From: Leucoraja erinacea
Taxonomy: Eukaryota
DNA length: 64,000 nt
NCBI RefSeq assembly: GCF_028641065.1
Contig: NC_073391.1
Coordinates: 5,456,001 to 5,520,000 of the forward strand
Reading direction: 5' to 3'
A program made the position numbers and the translations under genes. Below, piece by piece: positions 35,481-49,661 of this stretch. The notes under the pieces are model-generated. The model was given only the letters and a program-made list of their open reading frames with translations. It was not told where the DNA came from and did no database searches. Numbering within the stretch: position 1 is the stretch's first letter; every line of letters starts with the position of its first letter.

Positions 35481-38400
35481 AATAGTAAGATTAAATGAGA
35501 ACTTACCAGTTTGAAGTTTGATCTGTATTTTATGAGGAGTTACGATGAGGGATTACGTGAAGAACCCGTCCAGCACGCATGCGCAACATACTTCAAAGCA
35601 GCAGTGTGGAATCATAGAAACACACAATAATTGAAATAAACATAGTAAAGACAAGGAGAACTAAGTTATCAGTTGATCTCTATAATTGAGGGTGGGAGCG
35701 GAGGGCACGTAATCCCTCATCGTAAGTCCTCATAAAATACAGATCAAACTTCAAACTGGTAAGTTCTCGTTTAATCTTACTATTTTACTTCGGAGTCACG
35801 TGAGTGACTACGTGAAGATTTTAAAGCTCTGTGATTTCAAACCGTGTAACAGTTCATACTTCACTCGCTGCCGAAGTCATTCGAGGAAGGAAATATGTTA
35901 TCATAATCAACCATGAATCTGTTTGTAAAACAATAATGGTGTTATTAACAATAACAAGACCAAAATGCTCCCCCGGGCTTAAATTATATATTTTTGCAGA
36001 TTCTAATACTTTTTCTGCAAACGATACAGGTTCTGCCAGCGGCTTGTTATAAAAGTTTGGAACGTATACTCCCTAGACCACCCCGCTGTAGCCAGGATGT
36101 GGTCCATAGGCACGTCCATCCTCTTAGTCACCGATGTGGATGCTGCCCTGGTGGAGTAAGATTTATACACGTTAGTATTTACTCCAGCAACTCCCAGTAC
36201 CTGCTTGAGCCACTTGAGATAGTTTGGCTCATCACCCGACCATGAGGTTTCTTGTGGCTGACCCATAAGGCTTTTTCTCTCCCTCAGGGATTTCTTATTG
36301 TGTCGATGTAGTTCAATAAGTGAGTCATGACACATAACCGTGGTTCAGGTGGGTATGCCCGGAATTCCATGACTGGACCTGATGTTCCTGGTCTGCTCTG
36401 TTTGACCAGCCCCTGAATGGTAAATGTGACATGGTCTGGTGTTATAACCATATTGTCCAATCGTAGTAGATGGAGGAACTCGATTCTTTGTGCTGAGACA
36501 AGGCCATCAGCATGACCGTCTTCAGGGTGGGCTGTTCCAGGGTGAGGGACCTGGCTGGTGACCATCCCCTAAGGTACGTCAGGACCACACTGACATCCCA
36601 GATTTGGGTGTCTGGGGGATTAGAGTTGAATATGCCTCTCCTGAATTTGATCACCAGTGGGTGGTACCCTATGGCCTGTTGTCCTGGTGCCTGAGTTAAG
36701 TAGGCTGACAGAGCACTTCTGGCTGTATTGATGGCGCAGTAGCTGAGTCCTTCATTGTGGTGAAGACCTGCCAGGAACTCCAGTACAGGTTTTGTTGTAG
36801 TTGAATATGTAGTTCCTGTATTTGAAACAGTATCTTCCCACTTCTTGATGTTCGCCAAGTATGTTCCCTAGTGGATATGCGATGGGATGCTGTCATCGTG
36901 TCGATAGTGCTGTTTGACAATCCAGGCCCAGCAGTGGTCTTCCCAATTCTGCAACCCAGGCCCAGCAGTGGTCTTTTCAAATCTGCAACCCAGTAGTTTA
37001 ATTTATCGTGGCATGGGTGGCTTATGCCTGAAACTGGGTGAGTTGATAAGTCTGGGCTACTGGGAAAATCATTAGGGTTTTGATGACCATGTCGAGGACC
37101 ACAACTGTGGGTTTAGTCGGGTACTATCAAAATACTTGAAGCAGAGTCCATCTGTATTTTGTGTAGTACCCGACTGATGAGGCCGTAGTACCTGACTGAT
37201 AAGGTAGAAAAGGGGAGAACATAGAGATTAGATAGATCCCCCCCCCCCCCCCCCCAGTTCAGCGGGAATGTATTCATTGCCACTGCCTCAAAGTTTGGTT
37301 TCATGCGACATACATCAGTACGTGGTGATTCAATTGAAATACAAGGAAATCGATATCTGGTGTTCCATATTGCTTTGTAATTTCAGCAAATACTTCAGTC
37401 TGAAGAAGGGTTTCTGCCCGAAACGTTGCCTATTCCCTTCGCTCCATAGATGCTGCTGCACCCGCTGAGTTTCTCCAGCATTTTTGTGTACCTTTGGTTT
37501 AATATGTCTGTTTACAGTATTTAGCTCACCTGGTAAGTAAGTTACTGATGGTCAAATATGTTTGACGACATACGGTTACCAATTGTTAAATAAATTGTCA
37601 CATGATATCGATTTTATTCCGCCCAAGTGGTTTGGTATATGCCACTACTGTGATGTTGTTAATTTATAAACGAACATGCAAAATGGTGCACTACTGAACA
37701 ATATGCTTTTGCCAATAGAACGTACTCAATATTTCCAACTAGGTTTTATGCCCAGTGTCTATAGTGATGACGACTCCAGATTAGTCCATTTGCCACCATG
37801 TTCTGGGTATGGGTTATTTTGTTTAAACACTAGCACCTTAGCTCTAATGGAAAGGTTCAAGTTAAGTAGCTGGTAATGCTGCTACTAATTCCCAATTACT
37901 CTTGCCACTTTGTTGAATGGTTGGTTGATTGTTACCATTAATTGTTACAGGTTGTGCCATACGCTGACTCTCCTTATGGCAATGTTATAGATGAGTGGAT
38001 AGAGTTAATTGAATACCAGATAGTCAATAGTTGTGGATGGTGTCAACGTAGATTTATCTGGATAGTATGACAGAGCCCAGGCTAAATAAGTTTTAGTAGC
38101 TAATGCTGCTGATTTAGCTATTTCCATGGATTTGTCTGTCGTTAATATCATAGAGACATGCCATGACGATATGTTCCTTAATAGTGTCAGGGCTGGTTTG
38201 AATATCTGGAAACAGTTTTGGCTCATATTAGCCATTGTCAATAATTTATACTGCCATAGTTACCCCATCCAGGTAAATTGTGGTATCTCTGAAAATCTTT
38301 TATGAATGGCTACTGAATAGTATGCATCTTTTAAGTCGATGTCTACCATAAAGTATCCTAGGAAATCCATGGTTAGCAGTTACAAGTTTCCATAAAATGT

Positions 38401-40447
38401 GTATACCTGGTGAAAATACTCAAGTGGTTAAGTCAATGATGGTGCGACATTCACCATCTTTGGGTTTTTTGGTACCAAAGGTTCATATTAGGCTTCTTTA
38501 ATAATAATAATACATTTTATTCATGGGCGCCTTTCAAGACTCTCAAGAACACCTTACAAAATTTAGTAAACAGAATACAAAACATGTAAGCGGAATGAAA
38601 CAAAATAAAAAATAACGACAAAAAAAAATAAAAAATAGTAAAGACATCAACAATACACAATTCAAAGACACAATTCAAAGACACAATTCAAAGAGAGAGC
38701 AGCGACAACTAATCATGCCATATATACTTTATGACCCTTTGTATATCTTCTCCAGTTAGCTAGTCCCTCATGTACTTTTTTTTTTTAGTGGGAGGGTATT
38801 TCTTAATTCAATTTTTATCCTTGAATACTTCTGGTATATAACTACCAAGTGTGATAGTTCTTCATGTTTCCAACCCAGGTGTGATTTCCTTTCACCTTTT
38901 ATGTGATGGTAGGAACCATACTTATCTGTCTTCACTGTTGTTTAGTGGTGTGTTCATTTCTTTGGTTTCTGGTTCCTTGTCTGCAGGGATGGTGTTGTTG
39001 GGGGGTGGTGCATTTTCCATGGGGCCCGCTCTGGACCCTGGCCTGAAAAGGCTTACGGGGGTTGGCATGCGGTCCCCGAGCTTTCACCAGTAACATTAAG
39101 TAGACGCCTACTGGTGGACGCGTGGAGGTTCTGCTGTCTGGTTTTGTGTGGTGCTCATTCCAGGCCCTGCCCTCTTGATGCCGAATATCTTGGACACTTC
39201 GTCCAGTTTTTTAGGCTTGGTTTGGTAACCTTGCCAGATAGCAGGATCTGTGGTTGTGAGGTCGGCGTTCTCACAGTCCTGTGAAATTTCTAGGTTGAGG
39301 GCAGGTTTTATGACTTCCTTCGAGAAGTTGCGGAGCATACTGTGAAACAGTAGGGTCAGGTGTTTAGCCATACTACCCTGCCCCTCTGGAATGAGCATGC
39401 GAAAATGATAGCCGACGTCAGGGGTATCAAATGCAATTTAAGATATTTGGGTTTTTTAAATGCCCTGCTCAATGTACCCCCAATAATGGTGGGCACTTTG
39501 AGTAAATGTAATTTAGGGGAGGCGTGATGAAATCCAACGCCTCATGACTACCTGTCTTGGAGAGGTTTTTTGGAAAGAACAGGTAGTAAGCTGGCCGTCA
39601 GTTGAGACTGAAAAGCCATCTCGCTAGTGGTGTAGCCACATAGCGGCCACACCCAGCAGCTCTTCCTGATCCTGTACCTCAAGCATACTCCCAATGTTGT
39701 TCAGCCAGTGACCCCTCTTCTTGACCAGCCCAGCCCTGGTCGCCATCGATCCCTCGATAATGGAGATGGCCAGTGCTGTTAGTGCACTGGAGCAGGAGTG
39801 TTATGCTCCCTTGGCGAGCTTGCCCCAGCTCCCGAGGCAAGTCTCGCTGGAGTTTTTTAATCCATGACCTTACTCTAGGCTTGGCGAACAGACACTTACT
39901 TGCTCTCGGGCGGTAGTTTGAAGTGCCGGTTCCATCTTCTGTGTCTGTCTCCAGCCCGAGGTTTGGTGCTGACTTTGCTGCTAGAGGCTGCCTGCCGTTT
40001 TCGGGCGGCATCTGCGGTTCTCGGGCGGCGAGTCTCCTTGTCGGGAGTATGCAGGGGTTACCGGACGGTTTTTGAGTTTCCCTCCAGTCCGCTGCTGTTG
40101 GTCAGACAGCTGTTAGCAGACTCGGCATTGGCTCAGTACCCTGACTGTGGACCGCAGCGTGTGCGGTCCAGGTGCCGTCTCTCGCCCCCTCCACTGACGG
40201 AACGCTCCTTCACTGGAGTCGAACGGGGGCCACTTCCCTCTGTTCTGCTTTGCTCTCTCCAGTTTCCCCTGGAGCAACAAACTCGAACCTGTGGGTAATT
40301 ACATACCTAACGGTCCATTCTTTCAGGCTTGTAGCAGGAGCGCCTGCACTCCCGTTCGTCGCTGTTGCATCCGCGTGAACACTCAAGTCGCGCATGCATG
40401 CTGGACGGGTTCTTCACGTAGTCACTCACGTGACTCCGAAGTAAAAT
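35481..40447 (-). mobile_element. DIRS retrotransposon copy B, complete ends, degenerate ORFs, with Penelope (~37394-37493) and L2-tail (~38500-38720) insertions
   Basis: ITR and ICR (~35706-35818); YR motifs YSTRAASTS..ILATAGW; RT DLKDAYYS-like; AAT at both junctions. Confidence 0.93.
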
Positions 40448-41165
40448 CAATGTTGTTTCTCCAGTTTGATGTAATTGGAAATTTAGGTTTGTATTAGGTA
40501 GACAAAAATGCTGGAGAAACTCAGTGGGTGAAGCAGCATCTATGGAGTGAAGGAAATAGGCAACGCTTCGGGTTGAAACCCTTCTTCAGACTCTTGTATT
40601 GCTCTTTTTTCTGTGCTGCATGTTTGAAGTTTGTTTTCTTACAATGGCGTATAATAGTAAGATTAAACGAGAACTTACCAGTTTGAAGTTTGATCTGTAT
40701 TTTATGAGGAGTTACGATGAGGGATTATGTGAAGAACCCGTTCAGCACGCATGCGCGGCATACTTCAAAGCAGCGGTGTGGAATCACAGATAGACACAGT
40801 TATTGAAGTAAACATAGTAAAGATAAGGAGACATCAGTTTATGAATTTGACCCATATTATTGAGGGTGGGAGCGGAGGGCACGTAATCCCTCATCGTAAC
40901 TCCTCATAAAATACAGATCAAACTTCAAACTGGTAAGTTCTCGTTTAATCTTACTATTTTACTTCGGAGTCACGTGAGTGATTCCGTGAAGATATCAAAG
41001 CTCTGTGATTTCAAACCATGTAACAGTTATTACTACATCCCTGCCGAAGTCTTTGAGGGAGGAAGTGTGTTATCGTAACCAACCAATGAATCTGTTTGTA
41101 GAAAAACACAATGGTATTTTTTAACAATAACAACAAAGAAATTAAATTGCTCCCCTGGGCTTAAA

Positions 41166-42083
41166 TTAAATATTTGCAGTCTGTAAAATCTTTCCTGCAA
41201 ATAAAACAGGTTTTGCCAACGGCTTATTATAAAATTTCTGAACGGTCTTTCCCCCCCACCATCCTGCTGTAGCCAGGATGTTGTTTATAGGCACGTTCAT
41301 TCTTTTAGCCATCGACGTGGATGCTGCCCTGGTGGAATGAAATTTGTATATGTTCGTTTTTATCCCAGCAGCTTTTAGCACCTGCTTGAGCCATCTCGAA
41401 ATGGCTTGTCACCTGACCATAAGGTTTTTTTATGACTGACCCAGAAGGCTTTTCATCTCCCTCGAATATTTTGGTTGTGTCTATGTAGGATAATAGGGTC
41501 ATGGCACATAACCGTGTTTCTGGCGGGTAAGCCCGGAATTCCACAAATGGATTAGGTGTTCCTGGTCTGCTCTGTTTGATCATTCCCTGGATAACAACAG
41601 AGATCTGGTCTGGAGCTGTGAGCATGGAGTCCAGTCGCAATAGGTGTGGTGACTGGACCCTCTGTACAGCTACAAGTGCCATCAACATGAGTGTTTTGAG
41701 CATAGATGGTTACAGGTTGAGGGATCTGGCTGGTGGCCATCCCCCGAGGTATATCATGACCACACTGACATCCCATATATGGGTGTACCTTGGTTTAGGG
41801 GGTTGGAGTTGTAAATACCCTTCATTAGTTTGATCACCAGCTGGTGGGACCCCATGGCCTGTTGTCCTGGAGCTGGTTTTAAATAGACAGGCAGGGCAAT
41901 TCTAGCTGCGTTGATGGCTCTGTAGCTGAGTCCTTCATCGTGGTGAAGGTTCGCCAGGAATTCCAGTACGTTGGTAAATGTAGCGGTTGAGTAGGTGGTC
42001 CCTGTATCCAAGCAGTACTTCTCCCATTTTTTGATGCTGGACAAGTGCTGTTTTTTAGTGGATGTTCGGAGGGATGCTGACAT
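41166..42083 (-). pseudogene. DIRS tyrosine recombinase remnant (SAM-like N-domain plus catalytic HSTR..AGW..FY)
   Basis: ORF pieces 41754-42083, 41305-41703 and 41166-41381 joined by frameshifts. Confidence 0.9.
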
Positions 42084-42161
42084 GGTGTCGACGGTTTGTT
42101 ATGATAATCCCAGTCCCAGAAGTGGTTTGTGCAGAATCTGCAACCCAGGAGTTTGATTTTT

Positions 42162-42721
42162 TCATGGCACGGGTGGCTTGTGCCCGACACTGGGTGTTAA
42201 CAACTCTGGGCCACTGGGGAATACCATCGGAGTTTCAACCACCATGTCATGGAGTATTGGGAACCATGGCTGTGTAGGCCAGTCGGGTACTATCAAAATA
42301 CCTGAAGCAGAGTTCATTTGTACTGTGCGTAGTCCCCAACTGATGAGGTAGAAGGGAGGAAATGCATAGAAGAAGAATTTCCCCAATCCAGCGCGAACGC
42401 ATCTACCGCTGCTGCCTCAGGGTCTGGTTCCCAAGCGACATACATAGGTACCTGGTGATTTAGCCTTGATGCAAATAAATCGATATATAGCGTGCCATAT
42501 TGCTTAATAACTTTTGTGAAAAGATTTTGGGGTTTTAACATCCATTCGATTTTGTCCTTAAATTTACGTGACCTGGTGTCTGCCACTGTATTTAGCTTAC
42601 CTGGTAGGTAAGTTACTGATAGCCAAATATGTCTTTGGACATACCATTGCCAAATTGTGTTGACCAACTTGTCGCATGATACCGATTTTATGCCGCCCAT
42701 ATGGTTAATGTAGGCCACCAC
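42162..42721 (-). pseudogene. DIRS RNase H end and DNA N6-adenine methyltransferase-like domain remnant
   Basis: IDLFASRLN..VDAFALDW..YAFPPF..LIVPDWPTQPWF motifs typical of the DIRS MT domain. Confidence 0.88.
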
Positions 42722-45700
42722 CGTAGTATTATCTATTTATAACCGTACATGCAAGTGATGCATATTTATGCATATGCTTTTAAACCATAAAAGTCACCCA
42801 ACATCTCTAGATAATTAATGCCCAGTGTAAGTGGTAACGGTGATTCTGGGTTAGTCCTCTACTATATAGTTGCTCCCCAGTCTTGAGCACTGGCATCTGT
42901 TTGGATAACTGACGTAGGGTTAGTGATGATAATAGGCTGAAACTATGTCAAACGTTGATATTACTTCAGTGGGTAACTTCATGAAACGATCATAATGACC
43001 TGTATGTCGTTTTTGGTACAAAGGTCCGAATTATGTAGCCGGAAATGCTGCTACCATTATCCCAATTACTCTGTTACTTGTCGAGTAGTTGGTAGTTTGT
43101 TGACCATTAAATTGTTGCATGATTGTGCCAATTCAACTATGTTGTCTTTTGGCAATGTTACAGTCACGTAGACTGAATTAATTATGAAGCCCAAGTAGTC
43201 CATGATAGTGGATGGCTTCAACTTAGATTTATCTGGATGTAAGATAACCCCAGGGTTTCGAATAACTGTTTGGTAGCTGAACAGCTAACATAGTCAAATT
43301 CATGGTCTTGCCTACCATTTAGGATATCATCAAGATATGCCATGACAATATGTTTTTGTCTTCTGAATATTGCCAGAGCTGGTTTTAGTGTCTGGGTGAC
43401 ACTCTTGGGCTGATGTGAACCCATTGGGTAACGCTTTAAACTGCTATAGATGCCCCATCCAGGTAAATTTCAGGTATCTGCGATGATCCTTGTGAATGGT
43501 ACTAAATAGTAAACATCTTTAAGATGAATGCTTGCCATGAAGTATCCTTTGGAATTTAGTTGTTTGGCAGTAACAACCGGTTCCATTTTGAAATGTATAT
43601 ACTTAACAAACATATTTAGTGAAGTTAAGTCAATGATGATGCGACATCCACTTTTTTTTTTTTTTTGGGTTTAGTGAATATATTTGATACGAATTGCAAG
43701 GGTTCAGGTTTTTCCCATGATACCCTTTGTAATTATTCTCACCAGTTCAGCTTGTCCCTCTTGTTTCTTTAACGGAGAGGGGAAAAAATACCCTCTGGGG
43801 TGAATGTTGAAGTGGTGGCAATTTTTCTAGTATGAATTGTATTTGTATTCACTAATGCCATTGAGTATATAGTGATCACTCGTGATAGACTCCCACGTGT
43901 TAGTATTACTCTATATACTGGTAGGAACCAGACCCACCTACCTCCATGGTTAGGGGTATTCTTCTGTTTCCTTCCGGTCCAACGAGTGTTGCACGTCGTC
44001 TGACGTGGCGGTGACGTTGGGGGGTGGCACATTTTCCATGGTGTCCGCTCTGGGCCCTGGTCTAAAGAAGATTTTCGGTGATGGAATGCGGACCCCGAGC
44101 TTTCATCAGTCTGATATGGTAGACGTTGACTGATGGACGCGATGGGGTGCTGCTGCGTAGGAATTACTGTTTTTGGTTACTCGTCCCGGCCCTGCCCTCA
44201 TGAGCCGAAAATTTTTGTAAAACCTCTTGCATGTCCTTGATATGCTTTGTGAGGTTTTTGCCAAAGAGCAGTGGGTCTGGCTCAGTGGCTGGGGTATGCA
44301 CAACCCCGCAATGTAGCATTTTATGGCAGGTCTTATGACTTGTTTACGAAGGTTGTGGTCTCTCCGTATTTGTCCATGGAACGAGGAAAAAACAATGTGA
44401 TGGCTGTCGTCCGGCTTTTAACGGCCTCCTGCACGTGGGGTTCCACGGTGCTGTCCTCCACACCTAGCAGCTCTTCCTGTTCCTGCACCCCTTGCATACT
44501 CCCGAGATCTTCAGCCATTGCCCCAGTTCTTGACCAGCCCAGTCCTGGTCACCAAAGCTATCCTCTGGAAAGGAGGAAGCAATGGACAGTGCACAAGGCA
44601 CTGTGGAGGGAGTGCCTGACCCTCCTCTGCGAGAGTGCCCCTCCTGGGGTGCACCTCGCTGGAGCTCCTGCGCCAAGAACCGCTCCATGCGACTCATGCG
44701 GCTGTCTCCCCCCCGGACGGGTGGAATGACGTTCCTTCCGATAAGTCGGAGCCACCGGCCGGACGCCTCCGTGGCGTTACTTCCAGCCCGCTGCTCAGGT
44801 GCTAGCGGGGCTGGGCTCAGCACGGTGTCGGGATAGCGGAGCGCCAGGTAAGCGGTCCTACTGCCTTGATGCTGCACCCCCCAGATAGAACGCTCCTCCG
44901 TGGAGTCGAGCGGTTGACAGGTTTGTTGCAGAGCTTTTCTTCTCTGCCGGACAGCAGAAGGCTCCCTGTGAAAGAAAAACCCAACGTCAGCTTACCTGAC
45001 GGTCCGTTCTTTCACCTCCATAGCGGGAGCGCCAGACTCCTGCTGTGCCGCTGTTGCTCTGCTGGAGTAATGCTACGCATGCGTGCTGAACGGGTTCTTC
45101 ATGGAATCACTCACGTGACTCCAAAATAAAATTGTAGTGATTTCTGTGCCAAAAAATAATGCCATAGAATTCCAAACAGATATTTCTTGATTGTGTTGAT
45201 ATTGGGCCTATGTTCTCTTGAATTTGAAAGAATGAGGGGAAAGTTCATTGAGTTATACAAAGTTCTTTCAGGACCTGACAAGGTATATGAAATTCAGATG
45301 AGTTTAGAGATACAGGTCCATTGGCTCACTGAGTCTGTGTCGACCAGCGATCACCCATGCAGTAGTTCTATCCTGCACAGTAGGGACAGATTTACCAAAG
45401 ACAATTAACCTACAAAACTACACGTCTTTGGAATGTGGAAGGAAACCGGATCACCCAGAGAAAACCCACACGGTCACCAAAAGAACGTACAAACCTCTGC
45501 ACAGACAACAGTTAAGATCGAATCCGGACCCTGGTGCTGTAAATCAGCAACTCTACCACTGCACCACCGTGCCGCCCCTAAATGTTGATGTTTCTCCTGA
45601 CATCAACCACATGCACCAATCCCTCTATTCCAGAAGAGGAGAGCAGTAACCCAACGGGTCAGGCAGCATCTCTGCAGAACATGAAGCGGTAATGTTTTTG

Positions 45701-46690
45701 GGTTGGGAACTTTCTTCGTGCCCTTTTATGTAAACCAATACTCCTTGTTTCTACTTCCCTCTATTCCAGGTTGGGCTCACAATCCTTTCCCAGATGCTGA
45801 TCTGATGTCCCAGGCACCCGGCTGCTCTCCCGTTGTAATCCCTGCATCGAGACTCAATCCCAGATTATTTCCTGTGATGTTTCGCTCCGTTCACATAAAA
45901 GATCTATGGAACCTTTACAAATAAGAGCAGAGGCATTATTCCAGTCAGTATTGATTAAATAAGCTTACTGGTCATTATCACTTTGCTGTGTGTGAACAGT
46001 GAAAGGCCTGGATAGAGTGGATGTGAAGAGGATGTTTCCAATGGTGGGAGGGTCCAGGACTAGAGGTCATAGCCTCAGAATTAAAGGATGTTCCTTTAGG
46101 AAGAAAATGAGGAGGAATTTTGTTAGTCTGAGGAAGGTGAACCTGTGGAATTCTTTGCCACAGAAGGATGTTGAGGTCAAGTGAATGAATATTTTTAAGG
46201 CAGTGATGGGTAGATTCTTAATTACTGCAGGTGTCAGGGGTAATGGGGAGAAGGCAGGAGAATGCGGTTAGGAGGGAGAGATAGATCAGCCATGATTGAA
46301 TGCCAGAGTAGACTTGATGGGCTGAATGGCTTAATTCTGCTCATATCACTTATGAACTGGTTCTACATTACAATGAATGCACAACAGAAGTACTCCACTG
46401 CTTGTCGAGTGCTCTGGGATCTCCTAAGGTCTTGAAGAGTAATGTAGAAACAAAAGTCTTAGTTTATATTATTTCTTCATTTGATTTAGATGAGTTTATT
46501 GTCAAATACGCTAGGCTGCCATAACATTTCTTGTTCACATGAAGCTTGTGGAGTAATCTCTATGCATAGAATACAATAATACGTACAATAAAGTGCAAAA
46601 TAGCAGAGTGGTACAAGATTGTAGTGCAATCCAAATTAGTAGGAAAAAAAATGAAGTACAATAATGAAATAACCAAATGAAATAGAGTTA

Positions 46691-46924
46691 AGGGCCTGTC
46701 CCACATGGCGTGTTTTTCAGCGACTGTCGGCATCATTAACTGACGTATCAGGTCACCGAAAAAGTTGCGGCGTGACGACGTATTGACGTGCAATGCCTTT
46801 TCAAATATCGCAACATTTTTTTGTCGCCGCTGGATTTTGAAATGTTCAAAATCTTTCAGCGACCTGATACATCAGTCAATGACGCCGGCAGTCGTCAAAA
46901 AAATCAGCAAGTGGGACAGGCCCT
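46691..46924. mobile_element. Harbinger-like MITE
   Basis: AGGGCCTGTCCCAC / GTGGGACAGGCCCT with TTA TSD on both sides. Confidence 0.88.
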
Positions 46925-46929
46925 TTAAG

Positions 46930-47620
46930 CGTATTTGCCAGCACCTCTGGGAAAGGCGTTTTGAAAGAGGTGATTTTTTTTTAGGAATCTAACAACAGTA
47001 GGGAATGTTGGAAAACTGGGATTTCAAGTTCCTATATCTTCTCCCAGAAGGTAGAGGAGAGAAAATGTAATGGGCAGGGCAATAGGCTTCTTGATGCTAT
47101 GCACCATGAATGTGACCAGGATGGAAGAAGTGTAGGAAGGAAGTGTGGATCCTGAAGAAGGGTCTCGACCTGAAACTTCACCTATTCCTTTTCTCCAGAG
47201 ATTGCGTCTGACCCGCTGAGTTACTCCAGATTTTTGTGTCTATCTTCAGGATAGAAGGAAGTGTCGAGCCTTTGATGGACGAGGCTGTGTTCACCACTCC
47301 CTGCAAGAGCAGAGCAGTTGCCGTATCAGGCTGAGATGCATTGCATCAAACTACCTTCCGTAGGGCTTCGGTAGTGGTGCCAGAGAATCTTTGTGGATGT
47401 GCCTAATCTACTCAGATGCCTAAGAAAGTAAATACACTGATGCGCTTTCTTAATCATTGTGTTAATGTGAATGGACCAGGTTAGGTTGCTGTTAATATGG
47501 ATACTTACAAACTTGAAATGGCCAACTACCTCTACTGCAGCTCCAGTGTAGAGGACAGGATTGTGTTCACTATCTCGCTTCCTTAAGTTAACAAGCAACT
47601 TTTTTGTCTTCCTGATGTTA
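46930..47620 (-). mobile_element. Old Rex1/Babar-like LINE 3' fragment
   Basis: NIRKTKKLLV..EVVGHFKF..NLTWS..KKAHQCIYFLR motifs. Confidence 0.7.
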
Positions 47621-48513
47621 ACATAGAAACGTAGAAACATAGAAAGTAGGTGCAGGAGTAGGCCATTCGGCCCTTCGAGCCAGCAACGCCATTCAATTTG
47701 ATCATGGCTGATCATCCAGAATCAGTGCCCTGTTCCTACTTTCTCCCCATGTCCTTTGATTCCGTTAAAGGCTAGGCTGTGGTACTGACACCAATGGCAT
47801 AAACATTTGAAATCTACATGAAATTAGGCAAAAAAAGCACTGGAATCCTTTTACACATTATGCAATTAATTTTTATCACAAAACCTGAGCTCATTCCTTG
47901 TATTCTGGTCACAGTTCTAGAACCTCTGTGCAATGAAGATGCTAGGACATAAAACAGTATAGCACAGGCATGGGCCCTTCGGCCCACAATGTTCATGCCT
48001 AACCTACCTGAACTAGTTAAATCTGCCTGTACATAATCCATATCCCTTTATTCCCTATATTTCCATGTACCTTTTCAAAAGCCTCTTAGTCACCACTTTC
48101 ATATCTGCCTCCACCATCACCTCTGGCAATGTATTCCACCCACTCTTTCCCTGCTCATCTCCATTAAACTTTCCCCCTCTCACCTTATAGCTACGCCCTC
48201 TAGAGTTGGACATTTCCACCCTGATAAAAGGTTCTGACTGTCTGCCCTATCTATGCCTCATAATTTTATGAATGCTGCCATATTTCAGAGTTTAATGTGC
48301 ACCATAACACGTGGAAAATCACTCTACACAAGGAGAACGGACTTTCATCATTTCTTGTTCTCCTTCCACAGATGCTGCCTGACCAGATGAGTGTTTCTGC
48401 TGTTTTTTTATTTTAAAACCGTCTTTGTTTCCGCTTTCTGCAGCAAATTTGTCATTTTGTCAAGACTCACCAGAGACTTCTTCTTTCGTGTCCATCATCT
48501 ATGTTTCAAATAA

Positions 48514-49020
48514 TTGACCGGGCTATTGCACAGTGGACAGCCTTATCTTTTGCCATCGCTGGATGTTCCAGGCAGCATTGTTCACCAAGAGGTGGGCATC
48601 TTAGTAGGTGTGGCATGGATTATACAGATGTTCCACATTCGCATTCTGTGCCTGCTGCATCTGCATAGCCCCATTGTTCATATTGGTCTTGCATCGGCCT
48701 ATCCTGGTACAAAGCCTATTGAGGCACTTCCAGGTCGTCCGGTCACACCTGTGACCAGGTGGTAACTGTTCCTTGGTTGGGATTGGCATCTTTACATGGT
48801 GGCGGTTTTCACTGTGTTTCTTTTCCCATTAGGCTAGTCTGGTTGCTTGAGGAGACAGTGACAGTGGCTGGACTGTGTGGGGGAAGCTCTTCCTCGACTG
48901 TTGGGGCTGGGTGATGGGAGTGACAGGAATACCTACTGTATCTCCGGAGACTACTAGAGTGACATATCGCGTTCCTGTGGTATTTTGCCCGTATTGTCAT
49001 CACAGTTCAGTCATCAGGAG
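48514..49020 (-). mobile_element. RTE-X-like LINE C-terminal remnant
   Basis: TWKCLNRL.TRIGRCK motif followed by a decayed C..EH..CP-like finger. Confidence 0.5.
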
Positions 49021-49025
49021 AACTC

Positions 49026-49661
49026 TACGCCTGTCCCACTTGGGCGTCATTTGCACGTCATTTATGTGACAGGCCAGTAGTGACTGACGTGTGACAGTCG
49101 CACGAAAATCATCTAGCAGTACGACAGATGCCGCCAAGTGCTATTGAGGGCCCTGCTTCTTTAGGAAGCCATTTGCGATGTCGTTCGCACCTAGTACGAT
49201 CTCCGTGACAAGGATTTTCCCAGTGAAAATTTTTCAAAAACTAGTTGCGCTTTTACACGGGTGGTCACGTGGTGCGGCGCTCAAAGGACGTGCAAATTGC
49301 GCGCCAATGGCGTACAGGCTGCACATGGTTACGGACATTGACGCACGGTGATGCATAATAAATTAGCATAGGCAATGTTCGTGCGTCACCGTGCGTAACC
49401 ATGAGTCACCATGCACTACACGTAAGCTGTCAGTACATCAGCGTACGCCATCAGTACGTCAGCGTGCGCAAGGGATATGTTATGCAAGTGGCGGGCGAAG
49501 ATTTTGAGCATTCCAAAATCTTGGGGCGCCGCGCGTTACCGCGCATCACTGCATATGCCACCATACCTCACCACGTGCCATTCACACGTCACGACGGGCA
49601 AACCAATTGTTAGGATGTCGCGTAAATGATGCGCAAATGACGCCCAAGTGGGACAGGCCCT
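49026..49661. mobile_element. Harbinger-like MITE (longer subfamily)
   Basis: Extended TIR GCCTGTCCCACTTGGGCGTCATTTGC / GCAAATGACGCCCAAGTGGGACAGGC. Confidence 0.85.

Larger units (their letters stand above)
40653..45132 (-). mobile_element. DIRS retrotransposon copy C, complete ends, frameshifted gag/RT/RNase H/MT/YR
   Basis: ITR (GAAGAACCCGTTCAGCACGCATGCG and complement), ICR ~40879-40993, AYLDDIL (RT), AYINHMGG/YLPGKLN (RNase H), AAT junctions. Confidence 0.95.

Noticed and set aside
41166-42721. Prophage or bacterial horizontal transfer (integrase plus methylase)
   Set aside because: Both domains are standard DIRS components lying between ITR/ICR ends.
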